Source: Dehalococcoidia bacterium
Lineage (GTDB): Bacteria > Chloroflexota > Dehalococcoidia > SHYB01
Direction of reading: 5' to 3'
Assembly: GCA_965220155.1 (NCBI GenBank)
Contig: OZ244810.1
Span: 626,728 to 690,727 of the forward strand
DNA length: 64,000 nt
Made by a program: the position numbers and the translations under genes. The notes under the pieces were generated by a model. It did no database searches and had not been told where the DNA came from. It saw nothing but the letters and a program-made list of their open reading frames with translations. Shown here in pieces: positions 10,892 through 20,317 of this stretch (the first letter of the stretch is position 1; the number at the start of each line of letters is the position of its first letter).

Positions 10892-12634
10892 GTGGCGGTG
10901 GCATCCATCTCTTCAGAAGAGCTTGCCGGTCTTCGGCACCGTATTCGGCACTCAGCGGCTCACATCATGGCCGACGCCGTCCTGGCCGACTTCCCGGAGG
11001 CCAAGCTTACCCTTGGCCCACCCACCGAGGATGGCTTCTACTACGACATCGATCTCCCGCGCCCCGTGACGCCGGAAGACCTCGAGCGAGTCGAGGGCAA
11101 GATGCGGGAGATCATCGGCTCGAACGACGCCTTTGTCTGCTCTGCCATCGACCGGCAGCGAGCACTCCAACTCTTTGCCGACAACCCTTACAAGCTGGAG
11201 ATCATCGGGCAGATCCCCGAAGACGAGGAGATCACAACCTACAGCCACGGCGGATTCAGCGATCTGTGTGAAGGCCCTCACGTCGAACAGACTGGGGACG
11301 TCATCGCCGTGAAATTGCTCAACGTCGCCGGCGCCTACTGGCGAGGCGACGAGCGCAACCCCATGCTTCAGCGCATCTATGGCACCGCCTTCGAGTCCCA
11401 AGAAGCCCTGGACGAGCACCTGGCGATGCTTGAGGAGGCCGCCCGCCGCGACCATCGGAAGCTGGGGAGGGAGCTGGGTCTGTTCATGTTCGACCCTGTG
11501 GCGCCGGCGAGCCCGTTTTTCTACCCCAAGGGCGCCACGGTGTACAACCTGTTAATCGACTACGTACGCGAACTGTACGGGCGCTACGGATACGACGAGG
11601 TCGTGACACCCCAGATCTACTTGTCCGAACTGTGGCACCGCTCCGGCCACTACGAGAACTACAAGGAGAACATGTTCTTCGTGGACATCGAAGGGCGGGA
11701 GTTCGGCGTCAAACCGATGAACTGTCCCGGGCATCTGCTCATGTACGCCTCCACTCTGCACTCCTACCGCGATCTGCCGATAAGGTACGCCGACTTCGCC
11801 CGCCTCCATCGCCACGAGCGCTCAGGGGTCACCCATGGGCTCACCCGGGTGAGAAGCTTCGCGCAGGATGACGCGCACATCTTTTGCCGGCCCGACCAGG
11901 TGCCCGGCGAGATCGCGGCCTTCATCGAGATGCTCACAGAGTCCTACCGGGTCTTCGGCTTCGACGACATCACGATCAACCTGTCCCGCCGCCCCGAGAA
12001 ACGGGTCGGCGACGACTCCCTTTGGGACCGTGCGGAGTCCATGCTCGAGCGCGCCCTGCGCGACCGGGGTGTGTCGTACCACGACCGGCCGGGCGAAGGG
12101 GCTTTCTATGGACCCAAGATCGACTTCTTTGCGAACGACGCCCTCAAGAGGCAGTGGCAGCTCGGGACCGCACAGCTCGACTTCAACCTTCCCGAGCGTT
12201 TTGACATTGAATACGTAACCGAGGAGGGCAGGGCGGAGCGCCCGGTAATGTTCCACCGGGCGATGCTAGGCTCGATCGAACGATTCCTCGGGATACTCAT
12301 CGAACATACCGGCGGCGCGTTTCCCCTGTGGCTTGCGCCCGTGCAGGCCACTGTCATTCCCATCGCCGACCGCCATCTGGACTATGCCCTGAAGGTGCAA
12401 GCCAGGCTTGCCGCCTCGGGACTTCGGGTCGACGTCGATGACCGGGGCGAGCGGATGAACGCGAAGATCAGGGCCGCTCAGATGCAGAAGGTCCCCTACA
12501 TGCTGGTAGTCGGAGACCGCGAGGCGGCGGACCAAACGGTGGCGGTTCGGCTGCGGTCGGGCGAGAACCCGGGCGCTCAGCCGCTGGAAACGGTGGCAGA
12601 AGAGCTGGCCCGAGCCGCGTCCCAGCGGCTCTGA
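10892..12634 (+). CDS. thrS: Threonyl-tRNA synthetase (no N-terminal TGS domain in this reading frame)
   Basis: 580 aa; ...RHRIRHSAAHIMADAVLADFPEAKLTLGPPTEDGFYYDIDL...class II motifs...PYMLVVGDREAADQTVAVRLRSGE. GTG start. An in-frame stop lies immediately upstream and no TGS-like peptide is seen in the other frames. Confidence 0.9.
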   Translation: MAVASISSEELAGLRHRIRHSAAHIMADAVLADFPEAKLTLGPPTEDGFYYDIDLPRPVTPEDLERVEGKMREIIGSNDAFVCSAIDRQRALQLFADNPYKLEIIGQIPEDEEITTYSHGGFSDLCEGPHVEQTGDVIAVKLLNVAGAYWRGDERNPMLQRIYGTAFESQEALDEHLAMLEEAARRDHRKLGRELGLFMFDPVAPASPFFYPKGATVYNLLIDYVRELYGRYGYDEVVTPQIYLSELWHRSGHYENYKENMFFVDIEGREFGVKPMNCPGHLLMYASTLHSYRDLPIRYADFARLHRHERSGVTHGLTRVRSFAQDDAHIFCRPDQVPGEIAAFIEMLTESYRVFGFDDITINLSRRPEKRVGDDSLWDRAESMLERALRDRGVSYHDRPGEGAFYGPKIDFFANDALKRQWQLGTAQLDFNLPERFDIEYVTEEGRAERPVMFHRAMLGSIERFLGILIEHTGGAFPLWLAPVQATVIPIADRHLDYALKVQARLAASGLRVDVDDRGERMNAKIRAAQMQKVPYMLVVGDREAADQTVAVRLRSGENPGAQPLETVAEELARAASQRL

Positions 12635-12750
12635 GCCGACAAGCTTTCAAAACGTCTAAAGAACATCGAAATTCTTTGACTTGTTTCGAGGGGTATGCTA
12701 CGGTGGTCGGGCTCTCTCGAGCGTCGCAACGCAGCTAGGGGTGCAAGTCT

Positions 12751-13308
12751 ATAGCACGGGACTACCGGGTTAATCAGCAAATACGGGTCCGTGAAGTTCG
12801 GCTCATCGGGGCCAGCGGCGAGCAGTTGGGCATCCTGCCCATCCAGCAAGCCATGGACCTGGCCCAGGAAGCGGACCTGGACCTTGTAGAGGTCGCCCCC
12901 ACTGCTGCGCCCCCTGTGTGCAGGGTGCTTGACTACGGCAAGTTTCGTTATGAGCAGTCCAAGAAAGAGCGCGAGGGAAGAAAGAGTCAAAAGGGGCAGG
13001 AGCTCCGTGAAGTCAGGCTCCGCCCAAGGACCGACGATCACGACATCGCCGTCAAAGCGCGCCTGGTGAGGAAGTTCCTTGGAGAGGGACAGAAGGTCAA
13101 GCTCTCCGTGTTCTTCAGGGGCCGTGAGATAACTCATCCAGAGCAGGGAGTGGCGTTGCTGAGGCGCGTGGCAGAGCCCCTCCAAGAAGAAGCGAAGCTC
13201 GAGAAAGCGCCAAGTATGGAAGGCCGCTCGATGACCATGATCCTGGCACCACTGCCAGGGAGAAAGGCCACACCGGCGGCGGCGGAGCAGGCGAGTGCCA
13301 AAGCTTAA
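12751..13308 (+). CDS. infC: Translation initiation factor IF-3 with non-AUG start
   Basis: Frame reads (ATA)ARDYRVNQQIRVREVRLIGASGEQLGILPIQQAMDLAQEADLDLVEVAPTAAPPVCRVLDYGKFRYEQ..., the IF3 N and C domains. In-frame stop at about 12736, so the start must be a non-canonical codon (ATA at about 12751 or ATA at 12781), as in infC of other bacteria (AUU). Confidence 0.8.
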   Translation: MARDYRVNQQIRVREVRLIGASGEQLGILPIQQAMDLAQEADLDLVEVAPTAAPPVCRVLDYGKFRYEQSKKEREGRKSQKGQELREVRLRPRTDDHDIAVKARLVRKFLGEGQKVKLSVFFRGREITHPEQGVALLRRVAEPLQEEAKLEKAPSMEGRSMTMILAPLPGRKATPAAAEQASAKA

Positions 13309-13492
13309 GACCCATAAAGGGGCCAAGTCGCGTTTCCATCGGACTGGCACCGGCAAGCTGATGCGCACCAAGGGCGGGAAAAGCCACCTGCGCAGGAAGA
13401 AAACCCGGGCAGTCCGAAGGCTCTACGACAACAAGCTCCCATTACATAAGGCCGACGAGAAGAGAATCGAGCGGCTCCTGCCTGGGATCTAG
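13295..13492 (+). CDS. rpmI: 50S ribosomal protein L35
   Basis: GTG start; MPKLKTHKGAKSRFHRTGTGKLMRTKGGKSHLRRKK...; overlaps the infC end. Confidence 0.85.
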   Translation: MPKLKTHKGAKSRFHRTGTGKLMRTKGGKSHLRRKKTRAVRRLYDNKLPLHKADEKRIERLLPGI

Positions 13493-13522
13493 GCTGGGGT
13501 AAGCAACTACAGGGATAGGGAA

Positions 13523-13882
13523 GTGCCAAGAGTAAAAAGGGGCGTGACGGCTCACGCGCGGCACAAGAAAGTGCTCAAGCTGACCAAAGGGCAGCGAGGG
13601 ACGAAAAGCACCACCTACCGGCGCGCCCACGAGGCGATGATGAGGTCGCTCAGCTACGCGTTCCGGCATCGTCGTCAGCGGAAGCGGGACATGAGGCGCC
13701 TCTGGATTGCCCGTATGAACGCGGCTGCCAGGGCGCAAGGGCTCACGTACAGCCAGCTCGTGGCAGGCCTAAAGAGAGCGGGCGTCGAGGTCGACAGGAA
13801 GATGCTGGCAGACCTGGCGGTCAGGGACGCCGGGGCCTTTGCCGAGATCGCTAGCACCGCCAAGGCCGCAGCAGCGCCGTAG
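13523..13882 (+). CDS. rplT: 50S ribosomal protein L20
   Basis: [70 protein letters not shown]... Confidence 0.9.
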   Translation: MPRVKRGVTAHARHKKVLKLTKGQRGTKSTTYRRAHEAMMRSLSYAFRHRRQRKRDMRRLWIARMNAAARAQGLTYSQLVAGLKRAGVEVDRKMLADLAVRDAGAFAEIASTAKAAAAP

Positions 13883-13907
13883 CCGAGGCGAATCACCGCC
13901 ATCACAA

Positions 13908-13935
13908 GGGCGCCGAGACGGCGCCCTTTTTCTTG
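13908..13935 (+). terminator. Rho-independent terminator of rplT (GGGCGCC-GAGAC-GGCGCCC then TTTTTCTT)
   Basis: Perfect 7-bp GC stem followed by a T-tract. The T-tract is the IS target site. Confidence 0.7.
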
Positions 13936-13953
13936 CAGGGCCTTTCGATTATT
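13936..13953. repeat. IS left terminal inverted repeat (18 bp)
   Basis: GCAGGGCCTTTCGATTAT; perfect match to the reverse complement of 15098..15115. Confidence 0.85.
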
Positions 13954-13977
13954 TAAAAGAAGTATTAGACTTCGTGC

Positions 13978-15095
13978 ATGATTGCGAAAGGATTGGGAAA
14001 GAGCCTGCTCAAAGCGTTGGGAAAGGTGCCTGATCCCCGGTCTGGTCATGGTCGTCGTCACCCGCTGAGCGCAATCTTGGCGCTATCGGTGTGCGCGATG
14101 ACCAGCGGCGCCCGTAGTCTCTATGCCATCGCCCAATGGGGAAGGATGCAGGACCCGGATACGCTCAAGGCATTGGGGTTCAGTAGGGACAGGACCCCTG
14201 CCGTGTCCACGTTGCACAAGGTGTTTCGCAGTATGGACGTGGATGCCTTCGAGGTGGTGTTGGGTGCATGGGTCGAATCGCAGTTGGGCACAGGGGAGGA
14301 GGCCCTAGCGATAGATGGCAAGGCGCTGAGAGGGATCCACGGGGACGACGAGGTGCCTGGAGTCCGCCTGGTGGCTGCCTACACCCATCGCCAGGGTCTG
14401 GTGGTGGGCCAAAAAGGGGGGTGCGGGCTGAGCGGCATGAGTCCGAGTTGAGCATTGCGGGTGCGCTGTTGGGGACGGTCCCGCTGACGAACAGGGTGGT
14501 CACCGCAGACGCCCTGTACTGCCAGAAGCGGTGGTGCGAGCAGGTGGTTTCTGAAGGTGGAGACTACCTGCTGATCGTCAAGGGCAACCAGAAGGGCCTC
14601 TACGAGGATATCGAGCTGTGTTTCGAGGAGCCGGTGGCGGGGGAGACCTACGCCTATGCCGAGACGGAGGACCGGCATGGAGACCGAAAGGACCGTCGCA
14701 GGCTGTGGTCGACCGACACGCTGAGGACCTATCTGGACTGGCCCGGACACCAGCAGGTGATGAAGGTAGAGCGTCGGTGCCGGGTGAACGGCAAGACCAC
14801 TCGGCAGGTCCGATACGCGATCACCAGCCTGGGGGATCGGACCCCTGATAGCCTGCTCCAACTGATTCGAGGCCATTGGGGAATCGAAAACGGTCTCCAC
14901 TATGTGCGGGACGTCACGCTGGGAGAAGATGGCTCCCAGATACGGACCGGCTCAGCGCCACAGGTGATGGCCGCTGTGAGAAACCTGGTGCTCACGATCC
15001 TCAGATTGTCCGGTGCGGTCAACATCGCAGCAGCGATCAGGAACATCGGATGGCAGCCTAATGGCCCCCTCAGACTGCTCGGACTGCTCACATGA
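13978..15095 (+). pseudogene. ISAs1-family transposase, split by a frameshift in an A5G6 homopolymer run (about 14411..14425)
   Basis: ORF1 13978..14451 (MIAKGLGKSLLKALGKVPDPRSGHGRRHPLSAILALSVCAMTSGARS..., the ISAs1 N-terminal region) and ORF2 in another frame to 15095 (...VTADALYCQKRW...GDYLLIVKGNQ...HWGIENGLHYVRDVTLGEDGSQIRTG...). The junction GQKGG / VRAERHESELSIAG lies at ggccaaaaaggggggtg. This is either a sequencing error, true inactivation, or a programmed frameshift. Confidence 0.6.
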
Positions 15096-15097
15096 GG

Positions 15098-15115
15098 ATA
15101 ATCGAAAGGCCCTGC
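15098..15115. repeat. IS right terminal inverted repeat (18 bp); 8-bp target-site duplication TTTTTCTT immediately outside both ends (13928..13935 and 15116..15123)
   Basis: ATAATCGAAAGGCCCTGC followed by TTTTTCTT. Confidence 0.85.
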
Positions 15116-15186
15116 TTTTTCTTGTCCACCGCGTTGACATCGCTCACGGACCTTCTATACGCTATCCGGAAGAGGTCCTTGACGAG

Positions 15187-15951
15187 ATGACAGGCGCTAA
15201 AGACCGTAAGGGTCCTGCCCGCGAGGGAGAGATCTCCCCGGTCGCCCAGAACTATCTCCTGGCGCTCTACATGATGCAGGATGAGAGCGACGGTCCCGTC
15301 ACGATGACCCGTCTCGCCGAGGAGTTGGCCACTTCTCCCGCTACCGAGCATCTGGGGACGTCTTTGGCCTCGATCGCGGGAATGGTCCGGCGCATGAAGA
15401 GGGCCGGCCTCATCGACATCAAGCCAAACAAAGAGATCGTCTTTACCAAGGCTGGGGAGTCCGAGGCCCAAAACGTCATGCGCAGGCATCAGCTTGCGGA
15501 ACGGCTCCTGGTCGACATCCTGGGCCTCGATCTGCCAAAGGTCCACGCCGAGGCGCACCGGCTTGAGCATGCTATTTCCCCCGAGGTCGAGACGAGGATG
15601 ATGAAGCGGCTTGGCAACCCGCAACGCTGCCCATTCGGCCATGCTATTCCGGGCAGCGGTTACCGGCCTCCCCAGTCCGCTGTCCCCCTGAGTAGGGTTA
15701 GGGCCGGGCAGGAATTAGTGGTCGAAAGAATTCCGGAGAATGATCCGAGGCTGGTCGAGTACCTGGCCGAGAACGGCTTGCTCCCTGGGGCGGTGATTAC
15801 CGTGAAGGACGTTGCCACCTATCGGGGTACGGTGACCATGAATATCGAAGGCAACGAAGTGGTCGTCGGGCTGTTGGTGGCGCCTCGGATCATCGTCCGC
15901 CCCAAGGACAGCGCGGCCGCCTCGCCGGTCTCCGCAAAGCCCGAGGCCTGA
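15187..15951 (+). CDS. DtxR/MntR-family metal-dependent transcriptional regulator with C-terminal FeoA/SH3-like domain
   Basis: ...ISPVAQNYLLALYMMQDESDGPVTMTRLAEELATSP...MVRRMKRAGLIDIKPNKEIVFTKAGESEAQNVMRRHQLAERLLVDILGLDLPKVHAEAHRLEHAISPEVE.... Start at ATG 15187, since the longer track ORF runs into the IS end. Candidate promoter TTGACA-16-TATACG at about 15127..15158, right after the IS. Confidence 0.8.
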   Translation: MTGAKDRKGPAREGEISPVAQNYLLALYMMQDESDGPVTMTRLAEELATSPATEHLGTSLASIAGMVRRMKRAGLIDIKPNKEIVFTKAGESEAQNVMRRHQLAERLLVDILGLDLPKVHAEAHRLEHAISPEVETRMMKRLGNPQRCPFGHAIPGSGYRPPQSAVPLSRVRAGQELVVERIPENDPRLVEYLAENGLLPGAVITVKDVATYRGTVTMNIEGNEVVVGLLVAPRIIVRPKDSAAASPVSAKPEA

Positions 15952-16424
15952 GGCCGCAGCGGGCCCATCACGGCCTTGCCGGCTCGCGGTCTGGATGTTT
16001 CCCCCAACGATGGGGTGTAGGAGCCCGACTTGAGGTCATCCTTGGGCCTCAATAGTCATCGTGAGCCGTCGTCGCCATCGCCAGCCTCGCTTCCAACGAC
16101 CATCAGCCAGAAGTTAGCCGACAGCATCGCCTCCTGGACCGAACTCGTGGCGCTATTCGAGATGGTCCCCTCAATTCGCGTCGACGCCGGTCCCTCTCCC
16201 TGAAGGCTCCTGGATATCGGATGTCATGAGGGCGCATCGCCGTCCGTCACTCGGTCCTCTTTCTGTTGATATGGCACACCTAACGCATAGCAGGCTGGGA
16301 AAGGCCCCTTCCCCGGGTGCTACAATCGCGGAAAGCTGGCCAGGAGAGGCCGAAGAGCTCGCTGTGAGGTGATCTCGCGGTCCTGTGGCCTACAGGGCTC
16401 CAGGAAGACGCTAGGAGACTTGAC

Positions 16425-17891
16425 TTGGGCAGACACGCCACGGCTTCTGAAATCAGGTCGCGCTTGGGTCATCCCATCATCGATGTCGACGGGCACACCA
16501 TCGAGCTGGCGCCGGTCGTCCTCGACTACATCGCCCGCTTTGGCGGCAGCGACATGGCCACCCGGTACGCCAAACGCCCGGAGATGAACAAATGGTACCG
16601 GATGACCGAGGGGGAGCGCCTCGAGACCCGGACGTCCGCGCGGCCGTGGTGGGGCCAACCTGCGACGAACACCGTTGACCGTGCGACGGCGGTCTTGCCG
16701 GGTCTCCTCTACGAGCGCCTGGAAGAGCTTGGCATCGATTTTGCCATCATGTACCCCAGCGACGGCTTGACGATCGTCTCGTTGCCGGGGATCCAGGATG
16801 AGGAAACGCGGCGGGTGTGCTCGCGCGCCTTCAATACATACCAGATGGACATGTGTGGGGAGTTTGCGGACCGGCTCACGCCGGCGGCAGTGATTCCAAT
16901 GGAGACGCCCCAAGAGGCGGTGGATGAGCTGGAGTACGCCGTAAAGGTGCTGGGTTACCGGGTAATAGCGACCGGGTCGGGGGTCCTCCGGCCCCGTGAC
17001 GCCGCGCTTGCCGGACAATTCGATTTCGAACGCGACGCCGCCTGGAGCGACACCTTCGGGCTGGACAGTCAGTTCGATTACGACCCAGTTTGGGCCAAGT
17101 GCCTGGAGCTGGGGGTTGCTCTGACCTCTCACGGCGGGACGATGGGCACCGGCAGCCGCATGTCTCCCACGAGCTACTCTTACAATCATATCGGTCAATT
17201 CGCCTCGGCGGGCGAGGCCATTACCAAGTCCCTGTTCATGAGCGGCGTCGCGCACCGGTTCCCCGCGCTCAACTTTGCGTTTCTGGAGGGCGGCGTTGCA
17301 TGGGCCTGCCGGGTTTACGCAGACATGCTCGGGCACTGGGAAAAGCGTAACGGAAAGGCGATTCTGGACCTGGACCCCGGAAACCTGGATGTCGATCTCT
17401 TTATGGACTTGGTCCATCGATATGGGGGGCAAGGTGTCCGAGGACACGCCGAGTCCGTGCGTCGACGCATGACCCGCAGGTTGGCCCATCCGGACGTCTT
17501 GGACGACTGGGCTGCTTGCGGAATCCAGAAGGCGGAAGACATCCGAGACGTGTTTGCCTCGCAGTTCTATTACGGATGCGAGGCGGACGACCCGCTCATC
17601 GGCTGGGCCTTCGACACAGCTGCCAACCCCCTCGGGGCCAGGTTCCGCGCGATGTTCGGCTCCGACATCGGCCATTGGGACGTGCCTGACATGCGGGAGG
17701 TCGTGCCGGAAGCCTACGAGCTCGTCGAGGCCGGAAGGTTGACCGATGAGGACTTCCACGACTTCGCATTTGGAAATGCCGTGCGACTCCATGGGCAGAT
17801 GAACAGGGATTTCTTCAAGGGGACCGCCGTCGAGCAGGAGGCCGGTAGCGTGCTGGAGAGGGAAAGGTCCCAAGTGGAAGCCTCGGCCTGA
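16425..17891 (+). CDS. Amidohydrolase-2 family (PF04909-type) metal-dependent hydrolase/decarboxylase
   Basis: ...HPIIDVDGHTIELAPVVLDYIARFGG...AIMYPSDGL...HIGHWDVPDM...; TTG start presumed. An extended -10 (TGcTACAAT) lies about 110 bp upstream. Confidence 0.75.
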   Translation: MGRHATASEIRSRLGHPIIDVDGHTIELAPVVLDYIARFGGSDMATRYAKRPEMNKWYRMTEGERLETRTSARPWWGQPATNTVDRATAVLPGLLYERLEELGIDFAIMYPSDGLTIVSLPGIQDEETRRVCSRAFNTYQMDMCGEFADRLTPAAVIPMETPQEAVDELEYAVKVLGYRVIATGSGVLRPRDAALAGQFDFERDAAWSDTFGLDSQFDYDPVWAKCLELGVALTSHGGTMGTGSRMSPTSYSYNHIGQFASAGEAITKSLFMSGVAHRFPALNFAFLEGGVAWACRVYADMLGHWEKRNGKAILDLDPGNLDVDLFMDLVHRYGGQGVRGHAESVRRRMTRRLAHPDVLDDWAACGIQKAEDIRDVFASQFYYGCEADDPLIGWAFDTAANPLGARFRAMFGSDIGHWDVPDMREVVPEAYELVEAGRLTDEDFHDFAFGNAVRLHGQMNRDFFKGTAVEQEAGSVLERERSQVEASA

Positions 17892-17988
17892 CACGGTCCA
17901 CGCGCATCGGTACGAGCGGTTACCTGCTACGTGCCGTGGGCAAGCGGCTCACGGCTCAGAGGCCAACCGGCTCCAACTCCGTGGGCGA

Positions 17989-18951
17989 TCAGTGTTCGCC
18001 CTGAGTAACGTCCGTGCCATACCCCATGGAACCCATAATCCGGCCATCTTCGGCCATGGGGTGCATCGCGGCCGTTCTGGCCTGAAGCTCTGTGCCGCCA
18101 GGACCGAAGAGGGGATTGCGGCCCCTGCTCCGAAGGGTCAGGACCAAATCGGCAAAGATATACCAGTCCTTCACTATCCTGTTTAGCACGGTGATGCCCA
18201 GCACGTCCACCGCGTCGAACATCGCCTCCAGGGTTTTACTGACCTCGGCCTTCCCAACCGCTGCCACCATTGGACCGCCACCCCCAAAGTAGTTGCGGCC
18301 CACCCATAGGCAGTTGTCATCCAGGGGTCTGAGGACCTCGCTTACATTTGCTTCCTGAACGGCCTCCAGGAAGGAGTCGTGAATCTGGGTGTTCCGCTGC
18401 TCCTTGACAGGAAGATGATGCGTCAGCTGGCGGATGGGAGCAGTCCCCTGGAGGATGTCTTGCTGCCTATAGCGACTCAGGGGCATCTCGCCGATGATCC
18501 CATCAGGAGCAGCGGGAAAGAACGCGATCGAGTTCCCCGTGGTCTCCTCTCCTAACCGTCTGCCGCCGGCAGTCCGCTGGACCTGCCGTGTGGTCGCGGT
18601 GCTCTCGTAGAACACGTACCAGTCTGTCGTGATCTGCTGGAGATGCAGGGAGCGGACGATCTCGTGCACAAACTCGCGGGAATGCACGTAGTAATCGCGC
18701 ACTCCGTCGTGGGTAGTGGTCACGCTGAAGGAAGGGCTCTCTTCCAGGGTACTGCCCAGCGCATAGCGGGGCTCTTTTGCGATTGTGCCCATGAGGACCT
18801 CAATGTCGTTGGTCTCCTCCGCGGCCACGTGCTTCTCCACGATAGCCAGGTTCCTCATGGGCAGCTCGACAGCGCCGCTCGGCCGGTTGTCCCCGACGAA
18901 CGCCGTATAGTGGCACCGGTCCAGAGGCCACCCGATTCTCTTGGTCGCCAT
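17989..18951 (-). CDS. Hypothetical protein with two NTF2/SnoaL-like domains
   Basis: 320 aa, MATKRIGWPLDRCHYTAFVGDNRPSGAVELPMRNLAIVEKHVAAEETNDIEVLMGTIAKEPRYAL... and a second similar half ...ANVSEVLRPLDDNCLWVGRNYFGGGGPMVAAVGKAEVSKTLEAMFDAVDVLGITV.... Weak fold-level recognition only. Confidence 0.5.
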   Translation of the reverse strand: MATKRIGWPLDRCHYTAFVGDNRPSGAVELPMRNLAIVEKHVAAEETNDIEVLMGTIAKEPRYALGSTLEESPSFSVTTTHDGVRDYYVHSREFVHEIVRSLHLQQITTDWYVFYESTATTRQVQRTAGGRRLGEETTGNSIAFFPAAPDGIIGEMPLSRYRQQDILQGTAPIRQLTHHLPVKEQRNTQIHDSFLEAVQEANVSEVLRPLDDNCLWVGRNYFGGGGPMVAAVGKAEVSKTLEAMFDAVDVLGITVLNRIVKDWYIFADLVLTLRSRGRNPLFGPGGTELQARTAAMHPMAEDGRIMGSMGYGTDVTQGEH

Positions 18952-19183
18952 GCCGCACCTCTCTCAGAGCCACCCTTACGAGGCTAAGCTCGGCCCGAGA
19001 ATACACGGTCGGTTGGCCCAGAGGAAGAGGCGCGGCGGCCAGTGAAATCCCCGGACACGGGCCCCGAGCGGCCACCCGGTGCGCCCCCCGCGGGGGTCCA
19101 GTGGGTCGATCCAGCGCCACCACCCAAAAGCCGAGGGCGGCCTGGTGGCCGCCCTCGAGGTCCGAGTTTTCCTTGGGGAGAGG

Positions 19184-20317
19184 TTAGCTTAGCCCATACA
19201 GACGGGCTGGGTTGTCCCACATCAGCTTATGCTTGCTGGCCTCCGAGACACCTTCCAGACCGAAGATGTCCTGGATTGCGTGGACGTATCCCCGGCCCTC
19301 GGGGTGGCCGAAGTCCGTGGCAGTGGCGACATTATCATCACCTAGATAGTCGATCACCCACTTGATGCCCGGATCGTCGGGGTCTGCCGAGATGTAGCAC
19401 TGCCGGCGGAAGTATTCGTCCGGACTCAGGGGCGTGCCCGTGAACCTCAGGTCCCTGAAGCCTCCCTGGACTCCCGCCTGCATCCGGTCCAGCCAGAACG
19501 GCACCCACCCCGCGCCGCACTCCAAGTGCACTACTCGAAGCTTCGGATGGCGCTCGAGGATGCCGCCTGCGATAAGCGCGACACTCGCGAACATGTTCCC
19601 TATCGAGAAAGCTGAGATTCCGGAGGCGGCCATCAGGCCAGGGAATACCTGGCTCACCATGGTGTCGGCGGCGTTTCCCGCTGACACATGGACCCCCAGC
19701 GCGGCATCGAGGTCCTCCAGCTCGCTCCAAAGCGGCTCCAGCTCCGGGTCGTAGATGTGCACGCCATCCACTGGGACTGAATTAACGTGGACCGCCTTGA
19801 ACCCCAGGTCTTTGACGCATCTTCGGGCCTCCCGCACCGCTTCCTCGGGATCCCGGAGATCCACTGATCCGGCACCGATGAGGCGCTTATCTTCGGAGCC
19901 GTTAACGAAGTCGTGCAGCCAGTTGTTGTACGCCCTGCGGTATGCCGCCGCCTGCGCGGGCCTCAGCCCTGGAGCAGAGGTGATATAGATGCCGACTGTC
20001 GGATACAGGACCATGTAGTCCATCCCGGCCCGGTCCATCACAGTCGAATAGCACTCGGAGGAGAAGTTCTTGTCGATGAACTCGCCGTAGACATCTTCCA
20101 GTCCGGGGACTGCAGTTGAGCTCCCGTCCCGGCTGTACGGCATCCCGATGTTGTCCCCAATGTGGATGACATGGTCGAAAGCCAGCGGGTCGCACCGGTA
20201 GCCCGTCCATGAGTAGGGCATCTCGTCGCGGAACTCAGGGTCGAGGTAATTGACCCATATGTCCTCGGGCTCGAGGATGTGGGAGTCAGCGTCAATGTAC
20301 TTGTAGGTCTTGTCCAT
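19184..20317 (-). CDS. Amidohydrolase-2 family protein (ACMSD/LigW-like)
   Basis: MDKTYKYIDADSHILEPEDIWVNYLDPEFRDEMPY...HLECGAGWVPFWLDRM...ATDFGHPEG... Confidence 0.85.
   Translation of the reverse strand: MDKTYKYIDADSHILEPEDIWVNYLDPEFRDEMPYSWTGYRCDPLAFDHVIHIGDNIGMPYSRDGSSTAVPGLEDVYGEFIDKNFSSECYSTVMDRAGMDYMVLYPTVGIYITSAPGLRPAQAAAYRRAYNNWLHDFVNGSEDKRLIGAGSVDLRDPEEAVREARRCVKDLGFKAVHVNSVPVDGVHIYDPELEPLWSELEDLDAALGVHVSAGNAADTMVSQVFPGLMAASGISAFSIGNMFASVALIAGGILERHPKLRVVHLECGAGWVPFWLDRMQAGVQGGFRDLRFTGTPLSPDEYFRRQCYISADPDDPGIKWVIDYLGDDNVATATDFGHPEGRGYVHAIQDIFGLEGVSEASKHKLMWDNPARLYGLS

Larger units (their letters stand above)
13936..15115 (+). mobile_element. ISAs1-family insertion sequence, 1180 bp, bounded by perfect 18-bp terminal inverted repeats and an 8-bp target-site duplication
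   Basis: IRL GCAGGGCCTTTCGATTAT (13936..13953) is the exact reverse complement of IRR ATAATCGAAAGGCCCTGC (15098..15115). Flanking direct repeat TTTTTCTT at 13928..13935 and 15116..15123. The internal ORFs encode an ISAs1-type DDE transposase. Confidence 0.85.

Noticed and set aside
15013-15186. N-terminal extension of the DtxR-family ORF
   Set aside because: It reads across the IS right inverted repeat and target duplication. It is an artefact of an open frame, and ATG 15187 with upstream promoter-like hexamers is the real start.
16320-17894. 524-aa minus-strand ORF fully antisense to the amidohydrolase gene; similar long antisense ORFs occur at 34485..35033, 35157..35576, 38326..39453, 42816..43847 and 56042..57604
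   Set aside because: High GC content suppresses stop codons, and these have no family signatures while the sense-strand genes have strong ones. These are shadow ORFs.
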